DNA from: Faecousia sp.
Lineage (GTDB): Bacteria; Bacillota; Clostridia; Oscillospirales; Oscillospiraceae
NCBI GenBank assembly: GCA_045614325.1
Contig: JAZLCU010000026.1
Location: 293-64,292 of the forward strand
DNA: 64,000 nt
Direction: 5' to 3'
The position numbers and the translations under genes are program-made. This document shows, piece after piece, positions 40,825 through 50,874 of this stretch (position 1 is the stretch's first letter; every line of letters starts with the position of its first letter). The notes under the pieces were generated by a model. It searched no databases. It saw only the letters and a list, made by a program, of their open reading frames with translations, and was not told the origin of the DNA.

Positions 40825-41016
40825 TTATTCTGTGTTTTGCTCGTTTTTCTTTTGTGCTTGTGTGCCAAAATAGAACGCTATAACTGTAGTAAATACTGCC
40901 ATAAACAGTTCCGGCGCGATTGCACCACTCAGCGCCAATACACAAAATACAATGGTTAGCAATATAGTTACTATTGTTTTTACCTTTAATAGGTTTGCTA
41001 AATTCTTTAGAAACAT
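40825..41016 (-). CDS. Putative holin (2 TM)
   Basis: 63 aa, two hydrophobic helices, VIAFYFGTQ, charged tail; end of late operon. Confidence 0.65.
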   Translation of the reverse strand: MFLKNLANLLKVKTIVTILLTIVFCVLALSGAIAPELFMAVFTTVIAFYFGTQAQKKNEQNTE

Positions 41017-41030
41017 AGTATAACCCCCTA

Positions 41031-41285
41031 TTATTGCTTAATCTGTAAAGTTTCTTTAATATCTTTTACATCGTTTTTAATTTCGCCTAGTGTAATTTCG
41101 TATTGCGCGATAATTCCCGCAAACTTCGTGTTGATTTGGCGATTTTCCTTTATCTCTGCCATTAGCGTTTCTTCTCTGCGTACCGATTGCTTATAGATAA
41201 TCCATATAAAAACACCTAGCGCAATGGCTACCGCGATTGGAAAGCCAACAGTAGTAATAATTTCTACAAATGCTGCAACTTCCAT
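41031..41285 (-). CDS. Holin-like protein (BhlA/UviB-like)
   Basis: N-terminal TM with VGFPIAV followed by coiled coil. Confidence 0.6.
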   Translation of the reverse strand: MEVAAFVEIITTVGFPIAVAIALGVFIWIIYKQSVRREETLMAEIKENRQINTKFAGIIAQYEITLGEIKNDVKDIKETLQIKQ

Positions 41286-41297
41286 TAGTTCGCCCCC

Positions 41298-43028
41298 TTA
41301 CTTCCATCTACCTATAGCGTGTGCGTAAATAGTGCAACTGGCTTGATTTGATATATTTTGGTTACTAGCCACATAGAAATTAAATCTATCCCAATAGTTT
41401 CCTATTTTTCCGCATAAATCAATACCACTACTTACATAGCAAGAATAAGTAACTACTGGGCGTTCTACAAAAGTAAATGGAAAATATAATGTACCATAAC
41501 TAACATAAAACGAGCCTACAAGTCCGCTATAATAAAGTGCGGCGCCAGTATTTACCCAGCATTCTGCAATACCGCTATTCCATTTTCTATAATACCAACC
41601 ACCACTTGTTCCTTGCTCCACTATAAAGTCTGCCATTGGTGTGCCATTAAATGATACCGGCACATTAAAATTAAAGTCAGTATTACTCCAATCAAACACC
41701 GGCACAGCCCTTAGCGTGTTAGATTCGACGCTAAGCGCTATAATACTATCTGCTATATCTACATATACAATATAGGATTTTTTATAATCTACGCTTTCGG
41801 CAAGGTTTATTTCTACCTCATAGGCGCTTAAAGTTATTGCACTATCGGGTACGCTCATTATATCCTGCTCTATTAGGTTTCCGTCCTCGTCTTCCACCCT
41901 ATAGAACAAACTAATAGTATTATTCTTAGCACCAAAAGAGCCTTTATAACAGTAGCCACTTACAGTAAATCCTATATCTGCTTTCGTGCCGTCAGTATCG
42001 TTTAGTTTAATCTTAGCATTTACATTACAAGTAAGCGGTACATAGTGAATAATAGGCACAGTAACATCCTGGGTAACTGTATTGCCTCTATTGTCTGTAG
42101 CGCTAAAAGTAAATACATTACTTGTAGCGTTAGTAAAGTTAACTACTGCACCCGTTTTTGTAACGCCGCCGCAGGTTACGCTTTGGCTAACGATTGTAGC
42201 GCCCTTGCGCCCCTCTGCGCCCCCTTGGCAATCCATACTGTTATAGTACTTAATCATTGTTTTGTCGTTTCCAGTAAGTTTTGTGGCGCTGTTAGATATG
42301 TCTAATACGCTTGGATTTAATACTGGCTCACCGAAAAGAATACTAAAGTTTTTCTTAGTTGTACTATATAAAGTATTGCCGCCAATTACAGTTTTTAGGT
42401 AAAAAGTTACTTCCATACTATTACTACCAACTACAGCAGCGCGCATTTTATTGCGCTCCGCCTCGGTTAGCGGAAATTCATATGTAGCGTTTTTCGTTCT
42501 TGGTACATCTCTATATGCAATATCTGCGCCACCCGTCCAAGAAATACACGCTTGCAAACTTGTTACCGCGCTTTCCGCTGGATTTGTATAAATAATATAT
42601 GGGTTGTCCTCGTCCGTAAAATGCGAGGCGGTTGTAATCTGTGCAGCTCTTGGTATAGCATCAAGCGTAATTGTGCCGCTGCAGCTTGTGCTTGTGACAG
42701 AAGACGGTGGGATAGCACCGGCACAAGAAATAGTAATAGTTTTTGTACCATCTACATTATGATATACCCTTGTGGTAGCAGTTAACGCTACTGTATTCGA
42801 ATTATAAGATACTTCGATGTATTTACTTCCAGTAGAGGTTGTACCATTGATTGTAATACTTCCACTAAAAGTACCGCTAGTAGTATATCCGCTATTGGTG
42901 CGCGAATAAGTTAAAGTTGCTGTTACATCTGAGTAGTTGCCGCTAACCGATTGGGTAGCGCTCCAAGTTATTTTAGGTTGTACTGCGCTATTGCTAGTAG
43001 TACCCGTAAAACTTCCACTTAATGCCAT
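41298..43028 (-). CDS. Tail fiber / receptor-binding minor structural protein (DUF859-like)
   Basis: Ser/Thr-rich beta protein, C-terminal WYYRKWNSG.AECW...AIGRWK domain; last tail gene. Confidence 0.72.
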   Translation of the reverse strand: MALSGSFTGTTSNSAVQPKITWSATQSVSGNYSDVTATLTYSRTNSGYTTSGTFSGSITINGTTSTGSKYIEVSYNSNTVALTATTRVYHNVDGTKTITISCAGAIPPSSVTSTSCSGTITLDAIPRAAQITTASHFTDEDNPYIIYTNPAESAVTSLQACISWTGGADIAYRDVPRTKNATYEFPLTEAERNKMRAAVVGSNSMEVTFYLKTVIGGNTLYSTTKKNFSILFGEPVLNPSVLDISNSATKLTGNDKTMIKYYNSMDCQGGAEGRKGATIVSQSVTCGGVTKTGAVVNFTNATSNVFTFSATDNRGNTVTQDVTVPIIHYVPLTCNVNAKIKLNDTDGTKADIGFTVSGYCYKGSFGAKNNTISLFYRVEDEDGNLIEQDIMSVPDSAITLSAYEVEINLAESVDYKKSYIVYVDIADSIIALSVESNTLRAVPVFDWSNTDFNFNVPVSFNGTPMADFIVEQGTSGGWYYRKWNSGIAECWVNTGAALYYSGLVGSFYVSYGTLYFPFTFVERPVVTYSCYVSSGIDLCGKIGNYWDRFNFYVASNQNISNQASCTIYAHAIGRWK

Positions 43029-43031
43029 TTA

Positions 43032-44588
43032 TTACCCCCCAATCCAAAAGCAAGCAGTTCGCGTTCCGTCCATATCCTCAAATCGGCTATTGTTGCCGAT
43101 AATTAAATAGGTTGTTGCGTGTAAGTCTACCGCCTTTACGCCTTTATTGCTTGCCGTAAGCATTTCTTTATTATCTTTATATACGCTCATACCATCTTCC
43201 GTGATTTGCGTTTTCATTTCGCTGTCACTATTAGTAACTGTTAAGCCGGTATCATCAAAAGTAAATCCCGTGTTAGTTTGTACTTTTGCTACGCCGTTGC
43301 TTATTTCTTTTTGTATTTCTAATGTAACTTGCTCCGTGGTTATTTGTGCTTTTACGCCCTCTGTAAGTGTAGCAAGTTCGCCATTAATGTTTCCTAACGC
43401 CTCTGTAGTAATTTCTTCGATTTTCTGTACAGATGCGTTAATGCTGTTCGTGTTGATTTGTAGCGCCGCAATATCCTTTTTATTAAGTTCGTTTTCGTTA
43501 ACTACAAGCTCAATCTGTTTATTAACCTTATCCACCTTTGCGAAAGTCTGCGTTAGCGCCTCTCCGATTGTAGCAGGGTTAGTGTGCGTTTCGTTACTTT
43601 TGGCAAACTGCCAACTTGATTTCTGCGAATATCCGCCGGTATAAGTAATAGTATCATTTAGCAAGTAAGTTTCTATTGTACTACCATCTTTGGCGGTTAG
43701 TGCTATCTTATCGCCTAATTCTACTAAGTAATTACCGCGCCAGTTGCAGTTATAAGGTGTAATACTTAGCCCACCTACTGCGGCTAGTGCATCTTGCACA
43801 AGTGCGCCCACATCATCGCGCAAAGCCCAAAGTGCGTTATCTCTAATATACTGGGTTTCACCATCGCCGTTTTTAGCCTCTACATTATCACCCAACTCTG
43901 TAGCGCTTACGATTGCTGCAAGCCGCTTTGCGCTTTCGCTAGTAAGGGTAAAGTATTTACTTTTGTCGATTGCGTACGCAGGCGCGCCCGTTGCATCTAG
44001 GCGCTTAAATACAAGTTGGTTATTGTAGTTAATATAGTAAATGGTTTGCGTTACTTCTGCTATATCGTTTAATACTTCTCTAATGGTTTCAGTACCACTA
44101 AAGTTTGCGCGAGCCGCAAAAGATGCGCTCCAATCGTACATATCAGTTAGCAACACTCCAAAAGCGCCAATAGCATCTGCACAAGCCGCCGCCAGTTCTT
44201 CTAGTGTGTATTCTCCTAGCCCCAGTTCCTCATAAGTGTGCGCCGCTGCCTTTTCTATTACATCAAAAGCAGTTATAGTAAGGCTGTTTGTGTTTTCATC
44301 TCTTTTAATATCTGTAACATAAAATACAGGCATAGTAGAGGAATTATTAAAAGCAATACCAAGGGCATCGTTTTGGTTAATATATATGGCGCGCTCTTTG
44401 TCTAGCAGTTTAATAGTTGCCTTTTGGCTAATGCCATAACCGAAAAATTTGTTTTCGCCTACTCTATCAATAAGTATGCTTTGCAGCTTATCGTGCGCCG
44501 TAAAGGCTAAGGTAGAGCCAATTACTTCTACCTTAGCCGTAATAGTTCTTGTAGGGGTGTTAAAAATCTCACTATTTCCATTAATCAT
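43032..44588 (-). CDS. Phage tail/baseplate hub protein
   Basis: Position after distal tail gene; coiled-coil C-terminal half. Confidence 0.62.
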   Translation of the reverse strand: MINGNSEIFNTPTRTITAKVEVIGSTLAFTAHDKLQSILIDRVGENKFFGYGISQKATIKLLDKERAIYINQNDALGIAFNNSSTMPVFYVTDIKRDENTNSLTITAFDVIEKAAAHTYEELGLGEYTLEELAAACADAIGAFGVLLTDMYDWSASFAARANFSGTETIREVLNDIAEVTQTIYYINYNNQLVFKRLDATGAPAYAIDKSKYFTLTSESAKRLAAIVSATELGDNVEAKNGDGETQYIRDNALWALRDDVGALVQDALAAVGGLSITPYNCNWRGNYLVELGDKIALTAKDGSTIETYLLNDTITYTGGYSQKSSWQFAKSNETHTNPATIGEALTQTFAKVDKVNKQIELVVNENELNKKDIAALQINTNSINASVQKIEEITTEALGNINGELATLTEGVKAQITTEQVTLEIQKEISNGVAKVQTNTGFTFDDTGLTVTNSDSEMKTQITEDGMSVYKDNKEMLTASNKGVKAVDLHATTYLIIGNNSRFEDMDGTRTACFWIGG

Positions 44589-44600
44589 TTTTTAGCCCCC

Positions 44601-44957
44601 TTACAGTTCAATAAAATTTAGGCTCATTGGTTTATAAATTGTGCCATTTGGGTTAATGGTGTAGTACTCAGGCTCAGGCGTTCCAGTATAAGCGCTAATG
44701 GTGCTTAGTTCGCCGGTAGTAGGGTTTAGGTATGTAGCGCTTACTACATACCCACTAACCTCATTTAAAATACTTTGCATTTCGTCTGCGGTTGTGTGTC
44801 TAAATGTAATATAAAGTTTTACCTTTTTATTAACTATATCTATAACAGTATCTCCAGCCGCGTTTCTGCCGCTATTATCGCTTACTAAGGTTTCGTAGCC
44901 CACCTTTAAACCACTAACCATTGCGGAAAAGTCCGTGTTGTTAATTTTAAAATACAT
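44601..44957 (-). CDS. Distal tail-like protein
   Basis: Directly after tape measure; SGRNAAG and FIEL end typical of this slot. Confidence 0.6.
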   Translation of the reverse strand: MYFKINNTDFSAMVSGLKVGYETLVSDNSGRNAAGDTVIDIVNKKVKLYITFRHTTADEMQSILNEVSGYVVSATYLNPTTGELSTISAYTGTPEPEYYTINPNGTIYKPMSLNFIEL

Positions 44958-44971
44958 AGGCTATTACCCCC

Positions 44972-47464
44972 TTAAATCAATCTTAATTGTAATTGTCCCG
45001 TTTGCTGTGTTATGCCGTTAATGCTATTAATATTAGCCCAGCCCAGTTCTTTTTCATCTAGCATTAATACAATCTTGCTTGGTGTGTTCATTCGTGCGGC
45101 TAACTTGTCTACAAAGGTATCTATCCATTGGGTATTGTTTTCTAATGGTATAACAGCCTCAGCGCCAGCCTCACCAATGTTAACTAGTGTGCTTTGGGTT
45201 ACAATGCCGCCTTTGGCTAAGCGTGGTATTTGCACCGGCTGACTAGGTAACGAAAAACCCCAATCTTTGCCGAACAAGTCACCAATTGCGCCGGCTACCT
45301 TGCCTACAGTATCTACAATTGCTTTTACAGCCTTGTATACACCGCCTACCAAACTATTAACACCATCGATAATTAAGTTAATAATACCCTTGATAGTTCC
45401 CCAAAGTGCTTGCCACCAACCGCCGGCAATGTCTTTTATACCTTGCCACGCCTTATTCCAATCGCCGGTAAAAACACCCGTAATAAAGGCAACAATACCC
45501 TTAATTATCTTAATAATACCTTGGAATAAGTTAGAAATAGAATTAAGCAAAGTGCGTAAAACTGCCAAAATATTGTCAATTACTTGTTTTACAACTGGGT
45601 AGATTTTCGCTAAAATCCAGTCTACTATAGGCTTTAGTATCTTGTTCCAAAGAATAGTAATATTGTTAGAAATGTCTAATACAGCATCTACCAGGTTATC
45701 CCACAGCGGTTTTAGTGATTCATTCCAAACTTGATTAACCCACTTTAAAAGCGTATCAATTAAAGGCTTTAGGAATTTGTTATAAAAGTTTTCCAGCGTA
45801 TCTCGCATACCTTGGAAAGCAGTACTTAGGTTTTCTTTTAGCTCGCCGCCTGTCTTGTTCCAAGCCTTACTTACGCTCTCTAAACTATCGTTATTAATGG
45901 TTTGGAAAGTATCTAAACTAGGTTTAATTACATTTTCTACAACATCTTTAAAAATGCCGCCTAACCACTCAAAGTCTTTTCCTAGTTCCTCAATACCAAA
46001 AGCGGTAACATCACCTAATATAGGTAATATGTTCTCGCTCCAACTGTTTGTAAAGTTTGGTATAAACTCTTGTCCTAAGTAAGTTAGTATACTTCCAAAG
46101 CCTTGTTTAAAGCCCTCTAAGCCCTCTTGGAAATTAGGCAAGGATTCTTTAACTGCTCCGGCAATCTTTAAGCCAAATTCTTTAAAGCCGTTAATAGTAG
46201 GCGCGAACAAGGTTTTAATACCATTTAATGCGCTCTTTATCTTAGCAATAAATTTATCTATTGATTTACTAGTATTGTCTAAAGCATCTGTAACGCCGCT
46301 AGTATCAATGGCTACACCGCCGCTAGGCAATGCGCCTAAGCTGCTGCCGGTAGCCGCACCACTTGTAGCGCTTTCGCTTTCACTATTGGGATTACTCAAA
46401 ATATTTAATTCATCAAATCCTGCCGTTACTTTTTTAAGTTTCTCTGCTTGCTTGGTTGCATCTGTTAAGCCGCTACCTAATGCACTTGCACCCGTAGCCG
46501 CTTTACCTAATCCAGTAGAAACAGTACCAACGCTAGCCGCTGCATCTGTAATAGCATCTACTTTAGCGCTCTTGCCACCAAGAGCTGCGAAAAATTTACT
46601 TACCCAAGCAAACGCCCTACTAACTGCATTAATTAGCCATTCTAGCGCCTTTGCTACTACTTCTATAGCAGGTGCAAGCGCTGTTAATAGTGTATTAGAA
46701 AGGTTGGCTAGTGCAGTAATTAAAGGCGTTACTGTTTTACCTAATTTCGCTGTGGTAGCATCTAGGCGAGCTTGCGCCTCATTCTGCGCGATAATATCAG
46801 CGTTGTTCTTTTCGTAAAGTAAAGCCGCATCGCTATATAGTCCGTTTAAGGTGTTGCGTATCATTGCTTGCCGTTCGCTTTCGCTATTGGCTGTTGCTAA
46901 TTGTGCATTAAACGCATCTTCACTAACACCTGCCCAGTTAAGTGCATCGGCTAAAGTACCCGTTACAGCGCCCACCTTGGCTGTTTCGTTTGCCGCCTCT
47001 GTTAGTCCCTCTATAGGTAAAGATTCGCCAAAAGTCGCGTATACGCCTTGCAGCGCTGTTGTCCATTCGGCTAGCTCTTTTTCGTTTGTTGTCAGCTTGG
47101 CTAAGTGTGCGCCTGCCTCTGTAGCCTTACCGCTATCACCTAAAAACCTATAAAGATTTTTATAACTTTCTGCGGCTTGTTCGGTACTACTGCCGGCAGA
47201 AAGGAAAGCGGCATTTAAGCGAGCTTGTTCTTCTCTAAATTGTTTAGTGTTGTTGCCTAGTGCTACAAGGGCAGCGCCAACTGCGGCTATCGTGCCTACT
47301 GCAACACCGGCGGCAACTCCAACGGCTTTAAAGGCTTTACCAAGGCTTTTGCCACTTTTGCCGCCCTCTTTGCCTAAGCCGTCTACTTCTTTCTTTACAT
47401 CTTGTATATTCTTTTTAGCGCTGTCTGTAATCGCGCTAATTATAATTTTTAGTTCTTCATTCAT
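44972..47464 (-). CDS. Tail tape measure protein
   Basis: 830 aa, Ala/Gly-rich helical, W/F-spaced repeats, IPRLAKGG..GEAGAEAVIPL. Confidence 0.9.
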   Translation of the reverse strand: MNEELKIIISAITDSAKKNIQDVKKEVDGLGKEGGKSGKSLGKAFKAVGVAAGVAVGTIAAVGAALVALGNNTKQFREEQARLNAAFLSAGSSTEQAAESYKNLYRFLGDSGKATEAGAHLAKLTTNEKELAEWTTALQGVYATFGESLPIEGLTEAANETAKVGAVTGTLADALNWAGVSEDAFNAQLATANSESERQAMIRNTLNGLYSDAALLYEKNNADIIAQNEAQARLDATTAKLGKTVTPLITALANLSNTLLTALAPAIEVVAKALEWLINAVSRAFAWVSKFFAALGGKSAKVDAITDAAASVGTVSTGLGKAATGASALGSGLTDATKQAEKLKKVTAGFDELNILSNPNSESESATSGAATGSSLGALPSGGVAIDTSGVTDALDNTSKSIDKFIAKIKSALNGIKTLFAPTINGFKEFGLKIAGAVKESLPNFQEGLEGFKQGFGSILTYLGQEFIPNFTNSWSENILPILGDVTAFGIEELGKDFEWLGGIFKDVVENVIKPSLDTFQTINNDSLESVSKAWNKTGGELKENLSTAFQGMRDTLENFYNKFLKPLIDTLLKWVNQVWNESLKPLWDNLVDAVLDISNNITILWNKILKPIVDWILAKIYPVVKQVIDNILAVLRTLLNSISNLFQGIIKIIKGIVAFITGVFTGDWNKAWQGIKDIAGGWWQALWGTIKGIINLIIDGVNSLVGGVYKAVKAIVDTVGKVAGAIGDLFGKDWGFSLPSQPVQIPRLAKGGIVTQSTLVNIGEAGAEAVIPLENNTQWIDTFVDKLAARMNTPSKIVLMLDEKELGWANINSINGITQQTGQLQLRLI

Positions 47465-47483
47465 TGTTTAGATTTGCCGCCCC

Positions 47484-47888
47484 CTACCTTTTTAATTTCT
47501 CATTGTGTAAGTTAGCAAACTGTTTAAAACGCGCCACCGCTAATTCTGTGGCTAGTTCTTCTTGTTTTCGTTTATTTTCTTTTGCTTGCTCTTCAAACAA
47601 ACTGCTATAAACTTCTTCTAGTTTTGGCATTTCTACCTCTTGAGAGAATAAACTAGCAATATTTCTACCTATTAGCCCTGCTAGTATGTAGTTATGCGCC
47701 GCTATTTCTTGCGCCCGTTGCTTTTCGCGCCGTTGCCAACTCTTTGTATAGCGGTTTAATTCGGCTATAGTCATTTCCCAAAAGTCAACTTCTCTTATGC
47801 CGCAATCTAAGGCAATATCTAAATAACTATAAAGAAATTCTTCGAAAGTGCGGAAAGGCTCTTGCGCCTCTCCCTCAGTTAGTTTTTT
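47484..47888 (-). CDS. Tail assembly chaperone, -1 frameshift extension (gpGT-like)
   Basis: -1 frame open from the slippery site A AAA AAC (47,888-47,882) into MTIAELNRY. Confidence 0.8.
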   Translation of the reverse strand, partial: KKLTEGEAQEPFRTFEEFLYSYLDIALDCGIREVDFWEMTIAELNRYTKSWQRREKQRAQEIAAHNYILAGLIGRNIASLFSQEVEMPKLEEVYSSLFEEQAKENKRKQEELATELAVARFKQFANLHNEKLKR

Positions 47889-48208
47889 TCGGTGTCAACC
47901 TCTTTAGGGATTAGTCCGCTTTCTTTATAAATATCTAAGATAATATAAATAAACTCGTCTATAGTGTGTCCGTCTTCAATGTAAGCATCGAAAATATCGT
48001 AGGCATCATTTATACTTACGCCGTGGTTATACTGCTGCAATGCTGCGTGTAATACAGTAACCATTGCTGTTACGCTTGGCAGCATTTCCCCTTGTACATC
48101 AAAGATAGATAGGGGATTAGCGCCCAATGCCTTTTCTAGTGCTACTACATTGCGCGTATTCAAACGCAGTTTATATGTAGTGTTGTTTACTTCAAAATTC
48201 ACAAACAT
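47879..48208 (-). CDS. Tail assembly chaperone (gpG-like)
   Basis: Between major tail and tape measure genes; ends EKN-stop on the slippery heptamer. Confidence 0.8.
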   Translation of the reverse strand: MFVNFEVNNTTYKLRLNTRNVVALEKALGANPLSIFDVQGEMLPSVTAMVTVLHAALQQYNHGVSINDAYDIFDAYIEDGHTIDEFIYIILDIYKESGLIPKEVDTEKN

Positions 48209-48290
48209 TTTGTAATACCTCTTTTTCTAAAAATTTGTGGGGTAAAGGGCAAGAGGTTTAACCCTCTACCCCACCCCATATATGGGTTAA

Positions 48291-48674
48291 TTAGGCTTTA
48301 GCGCCCCATACCATTTCGGTATTAGGCTTAATGCCCAAAGTGTAAGTTAAAGCAGCGTTTACGCCAACGCCATCCAGCTTTACAGAACAAGTGCCACCGA
48401 AAGTGCAAGTAACGCCATCCGGCAACTCTACTTTCCATTCGCTCTGCTCACCGGCAGCGCTGTTCAGCTCTTGGAATTGTGCAGCCTCATATAGGAATTT
48501 AAAAGCAAGGCTATCGCCATAGTTTTTAATACCATCTGTGTAGGTGTGCGCTGCATCTGCCAAAGTAGTAATTTCGATAGCCTCAGTATCGCCGCCCAGT
48601 TCGGGAATTTCCATAAGGTTAGTTAATTCTACTTCGCCTTTGTATAATTTAATGTCCTTTGAAATAGTAGCCAT
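48291..48674 (-). CDS. Major tail (tube) protein
   Basis: IPELGG..E.IEITTL.D....Y..GI motif; terminator-like hairpin downstream. Confidence 0.8.
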   Translation of the reverse strand: MATISKDIKLYKGEVELTNLMEIPELGGDTEAIEITTLADAAHTYTDGIKNYGDSLAFKFLYEAAQFQELNSAAGEQSEWKVELPDGVTCTFGGTCSVKLDGVGVNAALTYTLGIKPNTEMVWGAKA

Positions 48675-48688
48675 AATAAGTAGCCCCC

Positions 48689-49033
48689 TTAATAGTTTTC
48701 TAAGGCTAACGCCTCATAAGTCATAATTTTCTGTATCATTGCGCTGTTGGTATCGTACAATTCGTTACTGCTAGTACGCTTAAAACCAATAGCGCGCAAA
48801 GCGTTATCTACTTGTACTGCGTATTTCATAATATCGGCTATATTGTTAGCCCATACTTTAACAGTAAAACTAATAACGCTATAGCCTCTTGTATTGCCAG
48901 TAGTAGAAACATAATTGTTTCGCTCTTGGTAACTGATACAAGGGGTTTTAGTTTTGCTTGTTAGCGCTAGTTCATAATGAGTAGGCAATACTGTATTAAG
49001 CGCGCTAACCACTTCTTTATTATAATCAATCAT
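48689..49033 (-). CDS. Tail terminator-like protein
   Basis: Size, P.ISY.E motif, position before the major tail gene. Confidence 0.6.
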   Translation of the reverse strand: MIDYNKEVVSALNTVLPTHYELALTSKTKTPCISYQERNNYVSTTGNTRGYSVISFTVKVWANNIADIMKYAVQVDNALRAIGFKRTSSNELYDTNSAMIQKIMTYEALALENY

Positions 49034-49451
49034 TGCCCTTTATACCCTCTCTAAGTATCTGTAGTATCTGCTCTCTATTCTCATCGATTGCAGGGCGCAT
49101 ATAGGGGTGTGGGTGCATACCACAAGTAGCAACAAACTCGCCCGTTTTTATATCTTTATATATCCACGGCACATCTTTTCTTCCGCCCATTGGGTGTACG
49201 CTAAAAATGCCCGTTCCGTATTCTATGTACGGCGCATACTCTAGGTTAGTAAATACAATACCTTGTAGGTTTTCTACTTTACTCTGTATGCTATTTCTTA
49301 ATTCGCCGCTTACCTTTGGTGCTTTCTGCTTTGCCGCCCTTTCCACAAGCAAACAAGCCTTGGTAAGCGCTTTATTTACTGTTTCTTCGCTTACCAAACT
49401 ATCTAGGCTTTCTAATATTTCGTCTAATCCCTCAAATTTAATTTCACTCAT
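49026..49451 (-). CDS. HK97 gp10-like neck/tail completion protein
   Basis: AP..SGELRNSI, EYAPYIEYGT, PYMRPA. Confidence 0.82.
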   Translation of the reverse strand: MSEIKFEGLDEILESLDSLVSEETVNKALTKACLLVERAAKQKAPKVSGELRNSIQSKVENLQGIVFTNLEYAPYIEYGTGIFSVHPMGGRKDVPWIYKDIKTGEFVATCGMHPHPYMRPAIDENREQILQILREGIKGND

Positions 49452-49734
49452 ATTTTGCTAAAAACACTTGTTTTAATCTGCCAGTAGGGTTTACATACAA
49501 AACCTTTAGTTTGCTTTCTCCAAACTGTATTAAGTATGTATCATCTACATTTGCGTTTGTTAATCCTATATAGTTAGCGCCAGTATAGTTAATATTACCT
49601 TGTACGGATTGACTAGTAACATAAATAGCCATTTTGATAGTACCTTGTGCTTGTTTGCTTAATTGTGGTTGTCCGTATGCGTCATTGCCTTGGTATAGAA
49701 AATAGTCATAGTTACGCATATCGTTATTAATCAC
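49444..49734 (-). CDS. Head closure-like protein
   Basis: Position and size; GTG start. Confidence 0.55.
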   Translation of the reverse strand: MINNDMRNYDYFLYQGNDAYGQPQLSKQAQGTIKMAIYVTSQSVQGNINYTGANYIGLTNANVDDTYLIQFGESKLKVLYVNPTGRLKQVFLAKYE

Positions 49735-49737
49735 CGC

Positions 49738-50031
49738 TTACACCACCTTGATTTTGCGCTTTCGGTTTAATACCTCTACAATATCTGCAGGTAAGCCATC
49801 GGTATAGGTTTCGCTAACGCCGCTAAAGTTCTGCGCGCTTATACCCTCTGTTCCCATTCTGTTTAGCTTAATAATAGTAATTCTTTCTGCCATTAATTCT
49901 AAAACGCTATCCGCGCTGCGGTTGCAGTATTCCTCTACCTCAGCTAATGCCATTCGATAACAAAGGTTAATTTGCGCGTCTGTATAGTTTGCGGCGGCAT
50001 CACCTAATAAAAGCTTAATTTCTTCTATCAT
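49738..50031 (-). CDS. Head-tail connector protein
   Basis: EEYCNR, NRMGTEG.S....GVSETY motif. Confidence 0.75.
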   Translation of the reverse strand: MIEEIKLLLGDAAANYTDAQINLCYRMALAEVEEYCNRSADSVLELMAERITIIKLNRMGTEGISAQNFSGVSETYTDGLPADIVEVLNRKRKIKVV

Positions 50032-50080
50032 TGTTTAGCCCCCTATTCTTTAAGGCTAAAGGGGTAGTAGTTACCCCTTA

Positions 50081-50857
50081 TTAACCAATAGTAATAGCGC
50101 AAACTTTGGTAGCATCGGTAAGTGCGACAATACCAAACTTACGCACCCAGTACATATTGTGGCGCTTGTCTGCATCGCGCTGGTACTCGGTTTCGGTGTC
50201 TTTCTTAATAAAGACAGTAACAGCCTCTTTAGTTGCTAAATAAGCCTTACCGGCAGGGATAGCCTTGGAAACGATAACGGGAACACCGCAAACAGAGCCG
50301 ATATAACCAGTACGCACAAAGCCCTCGCTGTACTTCAGATTATCGGCAAGAGCCTTGCGGATTTCTGCCTGCTCAGCAGGAGAAACAAGCATAAATAAGT
50401 TGCTCTCATCTTCCAAGTTCAGCTTGGCAATAGCATCTACAACAGTATCAAAGCCCCAAGCGTCATCGGTATGCTTAATAGTAGCCTTTTCATATTCTGC
50501 AACAGCCAAAGCGGTAAAGGTGTTTACCATAGAATCGGCGCTGTGCTGCAAGCCGGTATCAACTACCATAGCGTCTTGCATTTCCTGCTCATCATAGAAA
50601 GCAAACTTGCCTTGGTAAGTCTTAACTTCATATTCTGCCGGTACAAAGCTTACCTCGATTTCGGTGCTGTTACCGGCGCCCATTGCCAATTCTTCTACAT
50701 TGCCGGTAGAGGTATAGGTGTTAATCACCTTTTTCATACCTGCGCCCTCTGCTAAAGAGGTGTCAACAGTAAGATAGTTGTTTAAGTTAACCTTAGTAGT
50801 TAAAATATCGTTAATCTTGTTAGAAAGAATAACATTCTCGTATACTTTATGTGCCAT
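50081..50857 (-). CDS. Major capsid protein
   Basis: Follows scaffold; G.IG..CGVPVIVSK, ETEY.RD motifs; highly-expressed codon bias. Confidence 0.8.
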   Translation of the reverse strand: MAHKVYENVILSNKINDILTTKVNLNNYLTVDTSLAEGAGMKKVINTYTSTGNVEELAMGAGNSTEIEVSFVPAEYEVKTYQGKFAFYDEQEMQDAMVVDTGLQHSADSMVNTFTALAVAEYEKATIKHTDDAWGFDTVVDAIAKLNLEDESNLFMLVSPAEQAEIRKALADNLKYSEGFVRTGYIGSVCGVPVIVSKAIPAGKAYLATKEAVTVFIKKDTETEYQRDADKRHNMYWVRKFGIVALTDATKVCAITIG

Positions 50858-50874
50858 AATAAATAGCCCCCTTA

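Noticed and set aside
41298-41600. Tail fiber C-terminus as a diversity-generating retroelement target
   Set aside because: No reverse transcriptase or template repeat is visible in the window.
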